Shown: positions 54,294 to 62,759 of the stretch, one piece after another | How the letters are laid out: every line of letters begins with the position of its first letter | Position numbering within the stretch: position 1 is the first letter of the stretch | Origin: a virus | Lineage: Duplodnaviria > Heunggongvirae > Uroviricota > Caudoviricetes | Length of the DNA: 64,000 nt | Reading direction: 5' to 3' (one strand) | Virus record (IMG/VR): IMGVR_UViG_3300010383_000113 | Location: 101,830-165,829 of that record | Notes under the pieces: model-generated | Seen by the model: only the letters and a program-made list of their open reading frames with translations | The model's database searches: none | What the model was told of the DNA's origin: nothing | Translations under genes and position numbers: made by a program

Positions 54294-56080
54294 GACTGGG
54301 CCCTCCTGCGGATCTCGGCGAAGGTCTCGTCGATCAGCAGGCGGCCATCGCGAAAGACTTCACGCATCTGGTCGTCCGGCTCGTTGATCGAGGCACAACG
54401 ATCCACCAGGCGGTAGTCGCCGTTCTCGTCGAGGACCACCTTAGTATATCCACGAGCTGATTTCTTGGTGCCGGAATCGGTCGCGGGATCCTTGAAGATC
54501 TCGCGGAACTCGCCGTTGACGATGCCGGCCGTGGACTTCACAGCGAAGCCGAAGGTGTCCCGAGTGACCATCTGATAGGTGTTGTGGGATAGGTAGCCGT
54601 TCGTGATGAACGTGCCACACGAGGTCTGAATGCCTGCGATCGGTTGTTTCCCGACGGGGTTGATCGAGGTGATCGTCGCCAGTTGGTAGGTCCTCCCTCT
54701 GGCCAGAGCGGGCATCTCTGCGGTAATCGCGTCGATCTTCTCCAGTAGTCGTTCGGGTCGTACCTGGCCGAGGAAGCGGAGTGTTTCTACCCATCCCCCC
54801 GTAAGGATGACGTGTTCGCACTTACGGTCAAGACGGTAGTACGTGAATTCTCGATCGTCGAGTCGGGCTTTGATTCGTTCCAGTGTGGGCGTTTGGTTTT
54901 GGGAGATGCTTACCTTCCATGACGGAATTCGATCCCCGGTGTTGCAGACACCAAGTCCTCCTTCGCCGTCGAACATGCCCGCAAGCCACCCGCCTTCGCG
55001 GGTATTGTCTGTTTCCCAGGGGTCGCATAGGTAGGCGATCTGATCGCCCACTTCGAGTTCGTAGGTTCGTTTCCAAACCAGGCCGGGATTTCGAGGGAAG
55101 TCCTTCGATGATTGGGCTTTGTTTGGGTCGAAGAAGACGTTGTTCTTACGGCGGCTTGGTGCGTAGACCAGCCAGGGATGGTCGTCGCTGGCGGTGATGT
55201 CTGGTCCGATATCGGTTGAGATCTGGGTCGAGAGTTTCGTGCCTGGATTGTTGTACTCGATGGTAGCCTTGCGGAATCGACGAGTGGCATGACGACCATT
55301 GTCGAAATTCGGATCCTCGTCGAACGCGATGATTTCCTGCCCGACTTTCAAATCACCGGCACGTCGCCAGATCAAATCGGCACACAAAATGAGAGTTTCG
55401 GGATGGACGCAATAGGAACCGACCCCAAACGTGATGTTCGAGGATGCGAACCCCTTTGCTTTCAGGCCCTCCAGGATGGCCTTGGCACGCTCCAGGGTGA
55501 TCGAGTCCCCATAAATCGTCCCGATGTGGCTGTCGAGGACTTTGTAGCCCTTGGAGTTGATGGTCCCGCCGAACGTCTGCCATAGCACGTCCAGGGTTCC
55601 CATCTCGGCGGGCTCGGGAATGGCGACATTCCAGTCAGAGATCCAAACCCGGGTCGCGACGCCCTGCTGGGCCTCGTACGAGCAGGTAAGGTCCCAGTAG
55701 ACGACCAGACCATCCTTGTCCACGCGAATGCGGTCGACGTACTTATGAGGCCGTCCGCCGACATGCAAGACCTCCTCGTTGATCTTGAACTTGGCTACAT
55801 CGCCGTGTTCCTGTATCGCTTGCTCGATCGACGAGTAGGTCCGGACTGGCTTTCCGCAGATCACTTCGACTGGACTGCCAGAATCTGGTCTCACTACAGT
55901 CTTCCCGTCGCGGGACATGATGACTTTCTTGAGACGTGGAAGGCTGTCTGATAGCACAGACCAGTAGTCGAATGAGTCAGACACCAGCGATACGATCCCC
56001 TTGGGATAAACGTTGGTGATCATGTGCTTGATGAAGGCGGTTTCAGACAGCAGTCGGTAGTTCGTCTCGAAACTCGTCAT
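54290..56080 (-). CDS. nicotinamide phosphoribosyltransferase-family protein, C-terminal half, interrupted by an intein
   Basis: LVSDSFDYW and RPDSGSP (NAMPT motifs) then GVGSY|CVHPETL...TASDDHPW...LAGMFDGEGGLG...ITNGYLSHN|T (intein blocks A, B, LAGLIDADG, terminal HN). Confidence 0.7.
   Translation of the reverse strand: MTSFETNYRLLSETAFIKHMITNVYPKGIVSLVSDSFDYWSVLSDSLPRLKKVIMSRDGKTVVRPDSGSPVEVICGKPVRTYSSIEQAIQEHGDVAKFKINEEVLHVGGRPHKYVDRIRVDKDGLVVYWDLTCSYEAQQGVATRVWISDWNVAIPEPAEMGTLDVLWQTFGGTINSKGYKVLDSHIGTIYGDSITLERAKAILEGLKAKGFASSNITFGVGSYCVHPETLILCADLIWRRAGDLKVGQEIIAFDEDPNFDNGRHATRRFRKATIEYNNPGTKLSTQISTDIGPDITASDDHPWLVYAPSRRKNNVFFDPNKAQSSKDFPRNPGLVWKRTYELEVGDQIAYLCDPWETDNTREGGWLAGMFDGEGGLGVCNTGDRIPSWKVSISQNQTPTLERIKARLDDREFTYYRLDRKCEHVILTGGWVETLRFLGQVRPERLLEKIDAITAEMPALARGRTYQLATITSINPVGKQPIAGIQTSCGTFITNGYLSHNTYQMVTRDTFGFAVKSTAGIVNGEFREIFKDPATDSGTKKSARGYTKVVLDENGDYRLVDRCASINEPDDQMREVFRDGRLLIDETFAEIRRRAQS
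54580..55410 (-). mobile_element. intein (about 277 aa) with LAGLIDADG homing-endonuclease-like domain inside the NAMPT C-half
   Basis: N-terminal Cys, TxxH block B, LAGMFDGEGG, C-terminal SHN followed by Thr; lower GC; coordinates approximate. Confidence 0.6.
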
Positions 56081-56663
56081 AGTACATCCAGATTAGTGGC
56101 TCGTTGGTTTCCGGGTGTTTGCCCGCAGATCTACATCCGTAGAGCTTACGACAAACCCGAGTCAAGTTGCCGCTGTCGATTCCGTATTTCTGAGCGGCTA
56201 ATCTAGCAGATTCAAAAACATCGCCTGTGTTCAATAGGACAACAGGCGTTGACTTGGGATTTTCCTTGCCTGTGCGTTTGCCCTTGTGGGCCTTGGATAG
56301 CTTCTCGCTGCGTTCCACGGTCGATTTCAGGAGATTGTTGTCCCATGCGTGTTGAATGTTCTCAGCGTGGGTCATCCACTCCAGGTTGCCGTGGTGGTTG
56401 TCGAGTTTGTTTCCGGACTTGTGGTTCACCTCCGGCTTATCGTCCGGATTTGGAACGAACAGGATCGCTACTAGCCGATGAATCCGAAGCGTTTTGCGTC
56501 GACCGTCGTCGCCTCGAAGAGTGATGACCGGATAGCCGTCCTCGTTGATTTGAACGGGAAGGTGCGATTCAGACTTTGTGTCGCACACTTCGCCGGAGTC
56601 GGATATCCGGTAGCGGCCGAACCCCTCATAGGTCTTCCAGGTTGATTCCGTTCCACGATCCAT
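56043..56663 (-). CDS. HNH homing endonuclease (NUMOD4 + HNH_3) inserted between NAMPT halves
   Basis: YEGFGRYRISDSGEVCD, EVNHKSGNKLDNHHGNLEWMTHAEN; about 50% GC; overlaps both NAMPT half-ORFs by about 37 nt. Confidence 0.7.
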   Translation of the reverse strand: MDRGTESTWKTYEGFGRYRISDSGEVCDTKSESHLPVQINEDGYPVITLRGDDGRRKTLRIHRLVAILFVPNPDDKPEVNHKSGNKLDNHHGNLEWMTHAENIQHAWDNNLLKSTVERSEKLSKAHKGKRTGKENPKSTPVVLLNTGDVFESARLAAQKYGIDSGNLTRVCRKLYGCRSAGKHPETNEPLIWMYYDEFRDELPTAV

Positions 56664-57456
56664 TGACGCGAAGGCTCTCCTCGATGTTGAAGATGTTGAG
56701 CGTGGCGACGCTGTGTTCCGTGGCTGGAACGCTTACGCCCACCACCTCCTGCTCCACATCCGCGTTGTAGTAGCTCTCGACCAGGTCGATGGCACAGATC
56801 GAGTCCGTCCCGATGAACGAAGTCAGGTGCCCCGCTCCGCTCATCGCCCCGTCTTCGAGCCCACTCAAACCACGCATCGAAAAATCGTGTGCCTGAGTGT
56901 TCAGATGGGCGTCCGAGTCGCAGGTCTCATCCGCGTACTTCTTGAGGAGCAGGCGGTAGTGCCTCGCCACCGTCGCGGAAGTCGTGGGCTTCCAGAGGTA
57001 GGCCGAGAGGGCCGTCTCCAGGAAGTTGGTCAGCCACGCGAAGTCCTCGTGGGTGTTGTAAAGAACCAGCACAGGGGTCTTCATCGGCACCTGACAGCCT
57101 TCGGGCAAGGCCTTGATGCAGATGGGCAGGTAGCCGAGGTCGTGGAGTTGTTCGATGTGGTCGGTCGGGACCGCGTCCTTGCCGAGGTAGGCGTCCATAC
57201 GACGCTTGAACCGCAGGACGACCTCTCGCTTGGGCCGCTGGAAGAAGCCGACGTCCCAGGTTTCCTGCAAGAACTCCTTCAGGAAGTATTGGAGGCCGAA
57301 GAACGTGACCTTCCCCGTCCACAGATCGTCGGGGATGTTCTTGAGGCGATCACTTCTAGGGGTCAGGTTGCTGTACACCATCGAGGTGCCGGCCGGGTAC
57401 TGCTGGCGGTGGCTCTGCTTGTAGCCGTCAGCACACGTCAGGGGGTTCTTAAGCAC
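56626..57456 (-). CDS. nicotinamide phosphoribosyltransferase-family protein, N-terminal half
   Basis: ADGYKQSHRQQYPAGTSMVYS, DFSMRGLSG, GAGHLTSFIGTDSI, VSVPATEHSVAT match the NAMPT N-terminal region; homology stops where the HNH insert begins. Confidence 0.7.
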   Translation of the reverse strand: MLKNPLTCADGYKQSHRQQYPAGTSMVYSNLTPRSDRLKNIPDDLWTGKVTFFGLQYFLKEFLQETWDVGFFQRPKREVVLRFKRRMDAYLGKDAVPTDHIEQLHDLGYLPICIKALPEGCQVPMKTPVLVLYNTHEDFAWLTNFLETALSAYLWKPTTSATVARHYRLLLKKYADETCDSDAHLNTQAHDFSMRGLSGLEDGAMSGAGHLTSFIGTDSICAIDLVESYYNADVEQEVVGVSVPATEHSVATLNIFNIEESLRVNGSWNGINLEDL

Positions 57457-57718
57457 TGTCTTTCCTCCGGGCGTATCGCCCGTCCAATTCTTCAGTTTCG
57501 AACATTTCCATCCGGCCGTTCGGGAAGCGGATGTAGTAGGCGGCTCTCGGGGTCACTAGACAGCGAATGATGTCCTCGACGATCCCTTCCTGCCCAAGCA
57601 AGTCACGGATTGCGTGGACGTTCTCGGTGAGATTCTTGCGTACCCTGACGGCCTGGCCCACCTCGAAGATGGGCTCTGGCCGAGGTGCCTGTGCGGCGAG
57701 TTCGATCATGTGTTTCAC
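57449..57718 (-). CDS. hypothetical protein
   Basis: 89 aa ORF. Confidence 0.4.
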   Translation of the reverse strand: MKHMIELAAQAPRPEPIFEVGQAVRVRKNLTENVHAIRDLLGQEGIVEDIIRCLVTPRAAYYIRFPNGRMEMFETEELDGRYARRKDSA

Positions 57719-58116
57719 GAGAGAGTGACCCCTGACTCTTCGATCCGTTCAACGAAGTAGTCAAGAGTCCGGCCGATCGCTTCGACGACATAGGTGGTGT
57801 TGACGGGCTTGTCCATGGTGCCGGATGAGGAACTCGCACAGAGGGATGAGATCTGACTCTCAACCCTGAAATGAGCGGTGACCCAATTGACTTCCTCGTG
57901 GCACGAGAGGGTCAAACTGATGGGGTCTTTCCCCTTCTGCCAAAATCGGGCCTTGGCGTAAAGCTTCCGGTTGTCGTTCCACCAACTGAAGAAACCATGG
58001 CAGGTCTTCACGACGACGGTGCGGTTTTCATAGCCGTGGTTTTCCAAAATGTCGGCGATATCAGAGATTTTGGCGGAAGTCGCCTCGACGACCTCATCCC
58101 AAGCGATGGTTTCCAT
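57715..58116 (-). CDS. hypothetical protein
   Basis: 133 aa ORF. Confidence 0.4.
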   Translation of the reverse strand: METIAWDEVVEATSAKISDIADILENHGYENRTVVVKTCHGFFSWWNDNRKLYAKARFWQKGKDPISLTLSCHEEVNWVTAHFRVESQISSLCASSSSGTMDKPVNTTYVVEAIGRTLDYFVERIEESGVTLS

Positions 58117-58125
58117 GAGAACCTC

Positions 58126-58368
58126 TCAAAATTCGTGACAGATACAGGGACAGTCGTAGTCCAGACCCAGGCACTCACAGCACTCCTCGTCCTCGAAGTC
58201 AAACGACGGAGGGCCTGCTTCCTGCTGTTCGAGCTTTCGTTCGAGTTCGTCGAGTCGCCGGGTGGCGTTGTGCCACTCGTTCTCAACCCTGGCGAACTGA
58301 CTGATGGCCCAGAACGCCCAGGACCCGTGTAAGATAGTTAGGACGACGACGGTGATCAGGATGCTCAT
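58126..58368 (-). CDS. membrane protein with Cys-rich tail
   Basis: start MSILITVVVLTIL; CCECLGLDYDCPCICHEF. Confidence 0.35.
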   Translation of the reverse strand: MSILITVVVLTILHGSWAFWAISQFARVENEWHNATRRLDELERKLEQQEAGPPSFDFEDEECCECLGLDYDCPCICHEF

Positions 58369-59286
58369 GAGAAGCTCCGAAGGTTGCCGTAGGAATCGAA
58401 GTCGAGGGGCATCACGCCGAAAGGTTGATTGGGCCAGAGCCACAGCATGTCGTCGGCTCGCAGGACGGATTCCGACTTAAAGCTGTCGGTCGTGTAGATT
58501 CCGTCGATATCTTGGTAGAGAACGTCCACACCCTTGGAGAAGATCCCGTGGGTGACGTACAGGAGGACCTTGGAGGCCCCCGCCTTCTTCAAGACCTTGG
58601 CCAGTTCGAGGAAGGTGCGTCCGCCGTCGCAGATGTCGTCGACGATGAGGCAGGCCCTCCCTGCTACCTTGTGACCCTCGGGCAGCTCGGTCGAAAGGAT
58701 GTCGCCCGTCTTCGTGCATCGCACCTTGGTGGCCGTCACCACGTCCAGGCCGTAGGCCGAGGCGGTCTTCCAGGCCTTCTTGTAGGCCCCGGCGTCCGGG
58801 CTGACGATAACCGTCTGGGAATCCTTGAGGACGCCCTGGAGGCCGCTGTGGGCCCTCACAAGGGCATCCTGCTCGATCACCCGGCAGTTGTTCAGGAGGG
58901 CCGGCGTGACGTCCGAGTGAGGGTCGCAGATGATGATGTTGTCGTGCCAGGGATGGTCGTCGATGAGGCGGGCGATCGACTTCAGGGAGAAGGCCTCGCC
59001 GTGTGCCATCCGACGGTCCTGGCGGGCGTACGGGAAGTAGGGCACGACGAGGTTGCAGATCCCACCAAAACTGCATTGCTCGTTCAACAGATCGAGGAGG
59101 AGCAGGAGGTGAATGACATCGTCGCTCGACTGGAGCCTCGCCGTGATGGTTACGTCGCCGGAGAAGTGCTGTGGGACCAGGGAGGCCTTGGCCTGAATCT
59201 CTCCTCCAGAGAACTGGAAGGAATTGGTGTTGAGGATCTCGCGTTCCCAGGGTTTCGGCCAGTGGGAGATTTCGATCTGATTCATG
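58365..59286 (-). CDS. ribose-phosphate pyrophosphokinase homolog (Prs-like; possibly ADPR-pyrophosphate synthetase)
   Basis: start MNQIEISHW; VVPYFPYARQDR and LIVDDICDGGRT (PRPP-binding loop). Confidence 0.7.
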
Positions 59287-59344
59287 GGGCCTTCAGTTGG
59301 TGTCGTGATAGAGGACTTCCAGGACCGTCTTGTGGCAGCAGCGA

Positions 59345-59722
59345 TCAAGATTTGCCATTTACTCGTTCGACCACATAGAAATACAGGTAAGACGACGCTA
59401 TCAAGGCCACGGTGATTGGTCCAAAGGCGGAACCGACGGCGACGGTCCCACTGAGTTTGAGACGCTCTCTCCAGCAGAGGTCTTTGATTGGGAAGCCGAG
59501 ACGAAGGTCGATCTTGTAGTGGCGGTCCAGGTAGAAGAGAAGGCTTTCCGTCATCATCACGCAGGCGATGAGCGAACAGACGGCCCAGAAGACGAAGAAG
59601 TTCACTTGACGGTTCCTCTGACCTTGATGGAGTTCGAGAGGCGACGCATGATACCATTCCAGCCGTTCACGGCCCCTGCCCTCGTGTACCACTTGGGGCC
59701 ACCGCTGCCGCACCGCCGACAA
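59345..59722 (-). CDS. membrane protein
   Basis: hydrophobic segments VNFFVFWAVCSLIACVMM, ITVALIASSYLYFYVV. Confidence 0.35.
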   Translation of the reverse strand: MSAVRQRWPQVVHEGRGRERLEWYHASPLELHQGQRNRQVNFFVFWAVCSLIACVMMTESLLFYLDRHYKIDLRLGFPIKDLCWRERLKLSGTVAVGSAFGPITVALIASSYLYFYVVERVNGKS

Positions 59723-59835
59723 ACGACCTGGTAGGTGCGACTGCCGAGGTCGAGGAGGTCGGGAGCAGGGAGGGCGGCCAGGTCGAGCATCTCGCAGACG
59801 CGACAGCCCTCTAGTCTGTAACGGGTTCTCGGCAT
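59602..59835 (-). CDS. zinc-ribbon mini-protein
   Basis: CRVC...CRRCG. Confidence 0.3.
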   Translation of the reverse strand: MPRTRYRLEGCRVCEMLDLAALPAPDLLDLGSRTYQVVCRRCGSGGPKWYTRAGAVNGWNGIMRRLSNSIKVRGTVK

Positions 59836-59874
59836 CGTCTCGTCGCCTCTCGGGTTAGGGTGCGACGAAGTATA

Positions 59875-60111
59875 TCACGAACGCCGCAGTTTCCTTCGTC
59901 GGCAGTTCGAACACCCTTCGCAGGGGCCGAGTTCGCCGCTACCACCGCACCTCTTGCAGGTGATGACGACTCGAAGTTCGCCGCCGAGGTAGATCGAGCC
60001 GCCGCCACCGCACTTCTCGCAGATCTTACGGCCGAACCAGTTACAGCCGAAAATGATCGAGCCGAGACCTGACTTCTTCGGGAAGCTGGAAATCCAAGAG
60101 GTAGATTTCTT
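59875..60111 (-). CDS. DnaJ-type zinc-finger (CxxCxGxG) mini-protein, second copy
   Basis: CEKCGGGGSI, CKRCGGSGEL, CEGCSNC. Confidence 0.4.
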   Translation of the reverse strand, partial: KKSTSWISSFPKKSGLGSIIFGCNWFGRKICEKCGGGGSIYLGGELRVVITCKRCGGSGELGPCEGCSNCRRRKLRRS

Positions 60112-60565
60112 CATCCCAGGTGTCGTCGGTGTTCCTGTCGCGGTAATGGAAGCCTCCAAAGCATTCGCCGATGTAGAGGGAGGCGTGGCGGCCGTCCCTG
60201 TTCCAGTAGTAGATGATGTCGCCCTCTCCATCGGGCATGGCGTCGGGTAGTTCTAACTTGCCCTTGTAGTCGAGGGACAGTCGCCCCCAGATTTCGATCG
60301 CCAGCATCGCGACGCTGTGGCTGATGTTCTTCTCGTCGACCTGGGAGAAGAGATAGGTGATGTGCCTCCGCTTGTCGTTGTCGATGACCCACTGGAAGGA
60401 CTGAAGTCGTTCGATGGCTTGCCGAGTCTCTTGGAGTAGGATCTCCACTCGCGTGAACGCCTCCTTCTCGCCTTCACAATACCTATTGTAACCGCGATGG
60501 ACGATGAGATCGGCCATTTCTTGAAGGTTTTGCCGGCAGTCATTAAGCTCAAGAATCTTTCTCAT
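60041..60565 (-). CDS. hypothetical protein
   Basis: 174 aa ORF; overlaps the previous gene by about 70 nt. Confidence 0.4.
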   Translation of the reverse strand: MRKILELNDCRQNLQEMADLIVHRGYNRYCEGEKEAFTRVEILLQETRQAIERLQSFQWVIDNDKRRHITYLFSQVDEKNISHSVAMLAIEIWGRLSLDYKGKLELPDAMPDGEGDIIYYWNRDGRHASLYIGECFGGFHYRDRNTDDTWDEEIYLLDFQLPEEVRSRLDHFRL

Positions 60566-61002
60566 GATTCATCTCCCAGGGCGTTCTTCTCCATCTCGAT
60601 GGCCCTCTTGAGCCTCTTCAGGGCGACCCTCAACGCGAGGATGGCCGACGCCACCTCCAGTTCGACCTCATCACCCCCTGCTCCTCCCTCCCTCTCGGCC
60701 ATCTCAAGAGTGAGAACAGCGAGGCGGTGGTGAAAATCGGCCAGGCGATGAGATGGATCTTGCTGCGTATGAAATGTGACCAGTTCGTCCTGGGCCTTCC
60801 GTACCAGGTTGTAGTCGCTTCGGTCAAAGTAGACCATGCTGAAGTTCTGGTCTTCTTCGATGCAGTTGTGCACGTAGTTGACCAGTTTTACGACAGCACT
60901 CTCTGTTTTGCTTTCCGTGCTTTCCCCCTGGCCGATCTCGTCGGGTGCACTTTCAGATTCTAGTTTTGGCTCCGGCGAGAACAGCTTGGTTTCCTCAATC
61001 AT
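60562..61002 (-). CDS. acidic hypothetical protein
   Basis: 146 aa ORF. Confidence 0.4.
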   Translation of the reverse strand: MIEETKLFSPEPKLESESAPDEIGQGESTESKTESAVVKLVNYVHNCIEEDQNFSMVYFDRSDYNLVRKAQDELVTFHTQQDPSHRLADFHHRLAVLTLEMAEREGGAGGDEVELEVASAILALRVALKRLKRAIEMEKNALGDES

Positions 61003-61214
61003 TCAGAGTTTCCTGATGTCTTGTATGCTTTGCCGCTGCATCTGGGACAGATCGTGGTTCCGTCTCTCTTGAAGACCCAGCCCCGTCGACGTGCCATTCG
61101 ACGGCAGGAGGATCCCTTCTGGTCGATGAACTGGTGCGGGAACTCATCAAAGGCATGGTTCGAGTTCTCGGCGTCGCAGTAGAGATCGAGCGTGTAGCAG
61201 CCGTATTCGCTCAT
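60999..61214 (-). CDS. zinc-ribbon mini-protein
   Basis: CYTLDLYC...CPRCSG. Confidence 0.35.
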   Translation of the reverse strand: MSEYGCYTLDLYCDAENSNHAFDEFPHQFIDQKGSSCRRMARRRGWVFKRDGTTICPRCSGKAYKTSGNSE

Positions 61215-61747
61215 AGCGGAGGATCCATGTTGAGTTCACGGCGAGCGTCGTCGACCGCTTCGTCGCTGAGGACCGCCAGGAAACGGTCGCCAGGCACGCC
61301 CGGCCCCTCCGCCCTGGGCATCGCCTGATAATTCGACAGAACGTCCATCAGGTACTTCACCCCCTCGCCAATCTCCACTTTGGGCCTTCGCTCCACGGTA
61401 AGGAGGAGTGAGAGCAGATTCTCAAGCCCCTCTCGGGGAATCGTCAGCCACTTGCTGTTGGGCTGTACTGAGTAAAGGTCTAGCCATCCGAGCACCATGG
61501 TTTCGGCCTTGGCCAACTTTTCGGAATTTCCGGATAGCTGACCGCCCGCCCGCTCGGCCGGCGGGACGGCGAGGTGGGTGGCGAACTTCGCAGCCTCGGC
61601 AATCGCCCACGCGGCGGTAAACCGTCTCTGGCGAGACGGGCTGTAGGCGTAGCCCTGATCGACCTCCCAGTCGTCCACCCCGTCCCATGCAACCCTGTTC
61701 ATCCATTCGCACGCCCGCTCAAGGCTCATCTCAGACATGATCGTCAA
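61211..61747 (-). CDS. hypothetical protein
   Basis: 178 aa ORF. Confidence 0.4.
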   Translation of the reverse strand: MTIMSEMSLERACEWMNRVAWDGVDDWEVDQGYAYSPSRQRRFTAAWAIAEAAKFATHLAVPPAERAGGQLSGNSEKLAKAETMVLGWLDLYSVQPNSKWLTIPREGLENLLSLLLTVERRPKVEIGEGVKYLMDVLSNYQAMPRAEGPGVPGDRFLAVLSDEAVDDARRELNMDPPL

Positions 61748-62153
61748 TCCTCGCTAGAACGGCCTCGTACATCTGCTCGTCTGGCAGGTTGAACAGCCTA
61801 ACCAGACCATCGAACGCTTCGTCATCGACCTGAAGACGCGAATCGACAGCCCTTCTAGCGGCGTCGCGGATCATGTGGGCGACCGTGGTCATCGCCCGTC
61901 GAACGGCGTTGGTGTCAAACGACTCGGCAGGCGTCTTGTGACCCAACATCCATCTGACGGCCTCTTTGAAACCGGCGTCGAACCCGAGGTGGTAGCACGT
62001 CTCCTTTCCGATGGTATGCCATGTGCTGTCGTTGAACAGGCGGTCCATCATCCAGGCCCGATCGGCCGCTTCGCACGCCTCGCTGATCTCTTTTGCCGTC
62101 ATCTCAGCCATCACTCGCACCTTCCTTTGTCCATATTTTCGATGCGGATCCAC
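61731..62153 (-). CDS. hypothetical protein
   Basis: start may be MAEMTAKEIS near 62111. Confidence 0.35.
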   Translation of the reverse strand: MDPHRKYGQRKVRVMAEMTAKEISEACEAADRAWMMDRLFNDSTWHTIGKETCYHLGFDAGFKEAVRWMLGHKTPAESFDTNAVRRAMTTVAHMIRDAARRAVDSRLQVDDEAFDGLVRLFNLPDEQMYEAVLARIDDHV

Positions 62154-62410
62154 TCGCGATCGATGGACAGGGCATCGAGCATCTCAAGAAGCTCGTTATA
62201 GCCATCCTTCAGGAGTATGCCGTCGACGAAGATCGCCAGATTCTTGTTCTTGTCATCGACCACGATTTGAATCCTCAGTTCCTTGCCGGTCCTGCTGTTT
62301 TGCAGGCTGGTTTTCGTCCGATAGGTGTCTAGGGGTATCAGGCCACTCCCGGCGGTGATGGTAGGATCGGTCCTGTCGATGGGGCCACGGTAGAAAGTCA
62401 ATTCAGCCAT
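62111..62410 (-). CDS. hypothetical protein
   Basis: 99 aa ORF. Confidence 0.35.
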   Translation of the reverse strand: MAELTFYRGPIDRTDPTITAGSGLIPLDTYRTKTSLQNSRTGKELRIQIVVDDKNKNLAIFVDGILLKDGYNELLEMLDALSIDREWIRIENMDKGRCE

Positions 62411-62759
62411 TAGCGAGTTCCTCAGCGTGCTCTTTGAGTGCTTGAAGTTCTTCTCGGGCGGACCTCACGTCTTGAGGGCAGATGAACCCTCGATGGGTCT
62501 CATGCGTGCCTTTGGCCACATAAACAATGGCTTGGACACCCTCGTGACCGCTCGACGATTCAAACTCCGAGATGAGTAGGTCGATGATTTCTGTCGATGG
62601 TGTGTTCTTAAGTGCCGGCCGACGATTCCACTTCAGAAGGCTGTCCGTCCAGATGTCGCAGGACTCACAGCCATAGGTGTTGTACCACCAGCCAGTTTCA
62701 TCTAGGGTTCGCTCGCTGGTCGCCGCCTCGCCGCAGAATGGGCAATTCTCAACTATCAC
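62403..62759 (-). CDS. Lar-family-like zinc-ribbon protein (possible restriction alleviation)
   Basis: N-terminal NCPFCGE...CESC resembles the Lar-family KPCPFCG signature. Confidence 0.4.
   Translation of the reverse strand: MIVENCPFCGEAATSERTLDETGWWYNTYGCESCDIWTDSLLKWNRRPALKNTPSTEIIDLLISEFESSSGHEGVQAIVYVAKGTHETHRGFICPQDVRSAREELQALKEHAEELANG

Noticed and set aside
56043-56698. Group I intron carrying the HNH ORF inside NAMPT
   Set aside because: The HNH ORF occupies nearly the whole 650-bp insert, leaving too little noncoding sequence for a ribozyme core, and the downstream half has its own ATG in a different frame; a split gene with a free-standing endonuclease gene is more parsimonious, though an intron is not fully excluded.
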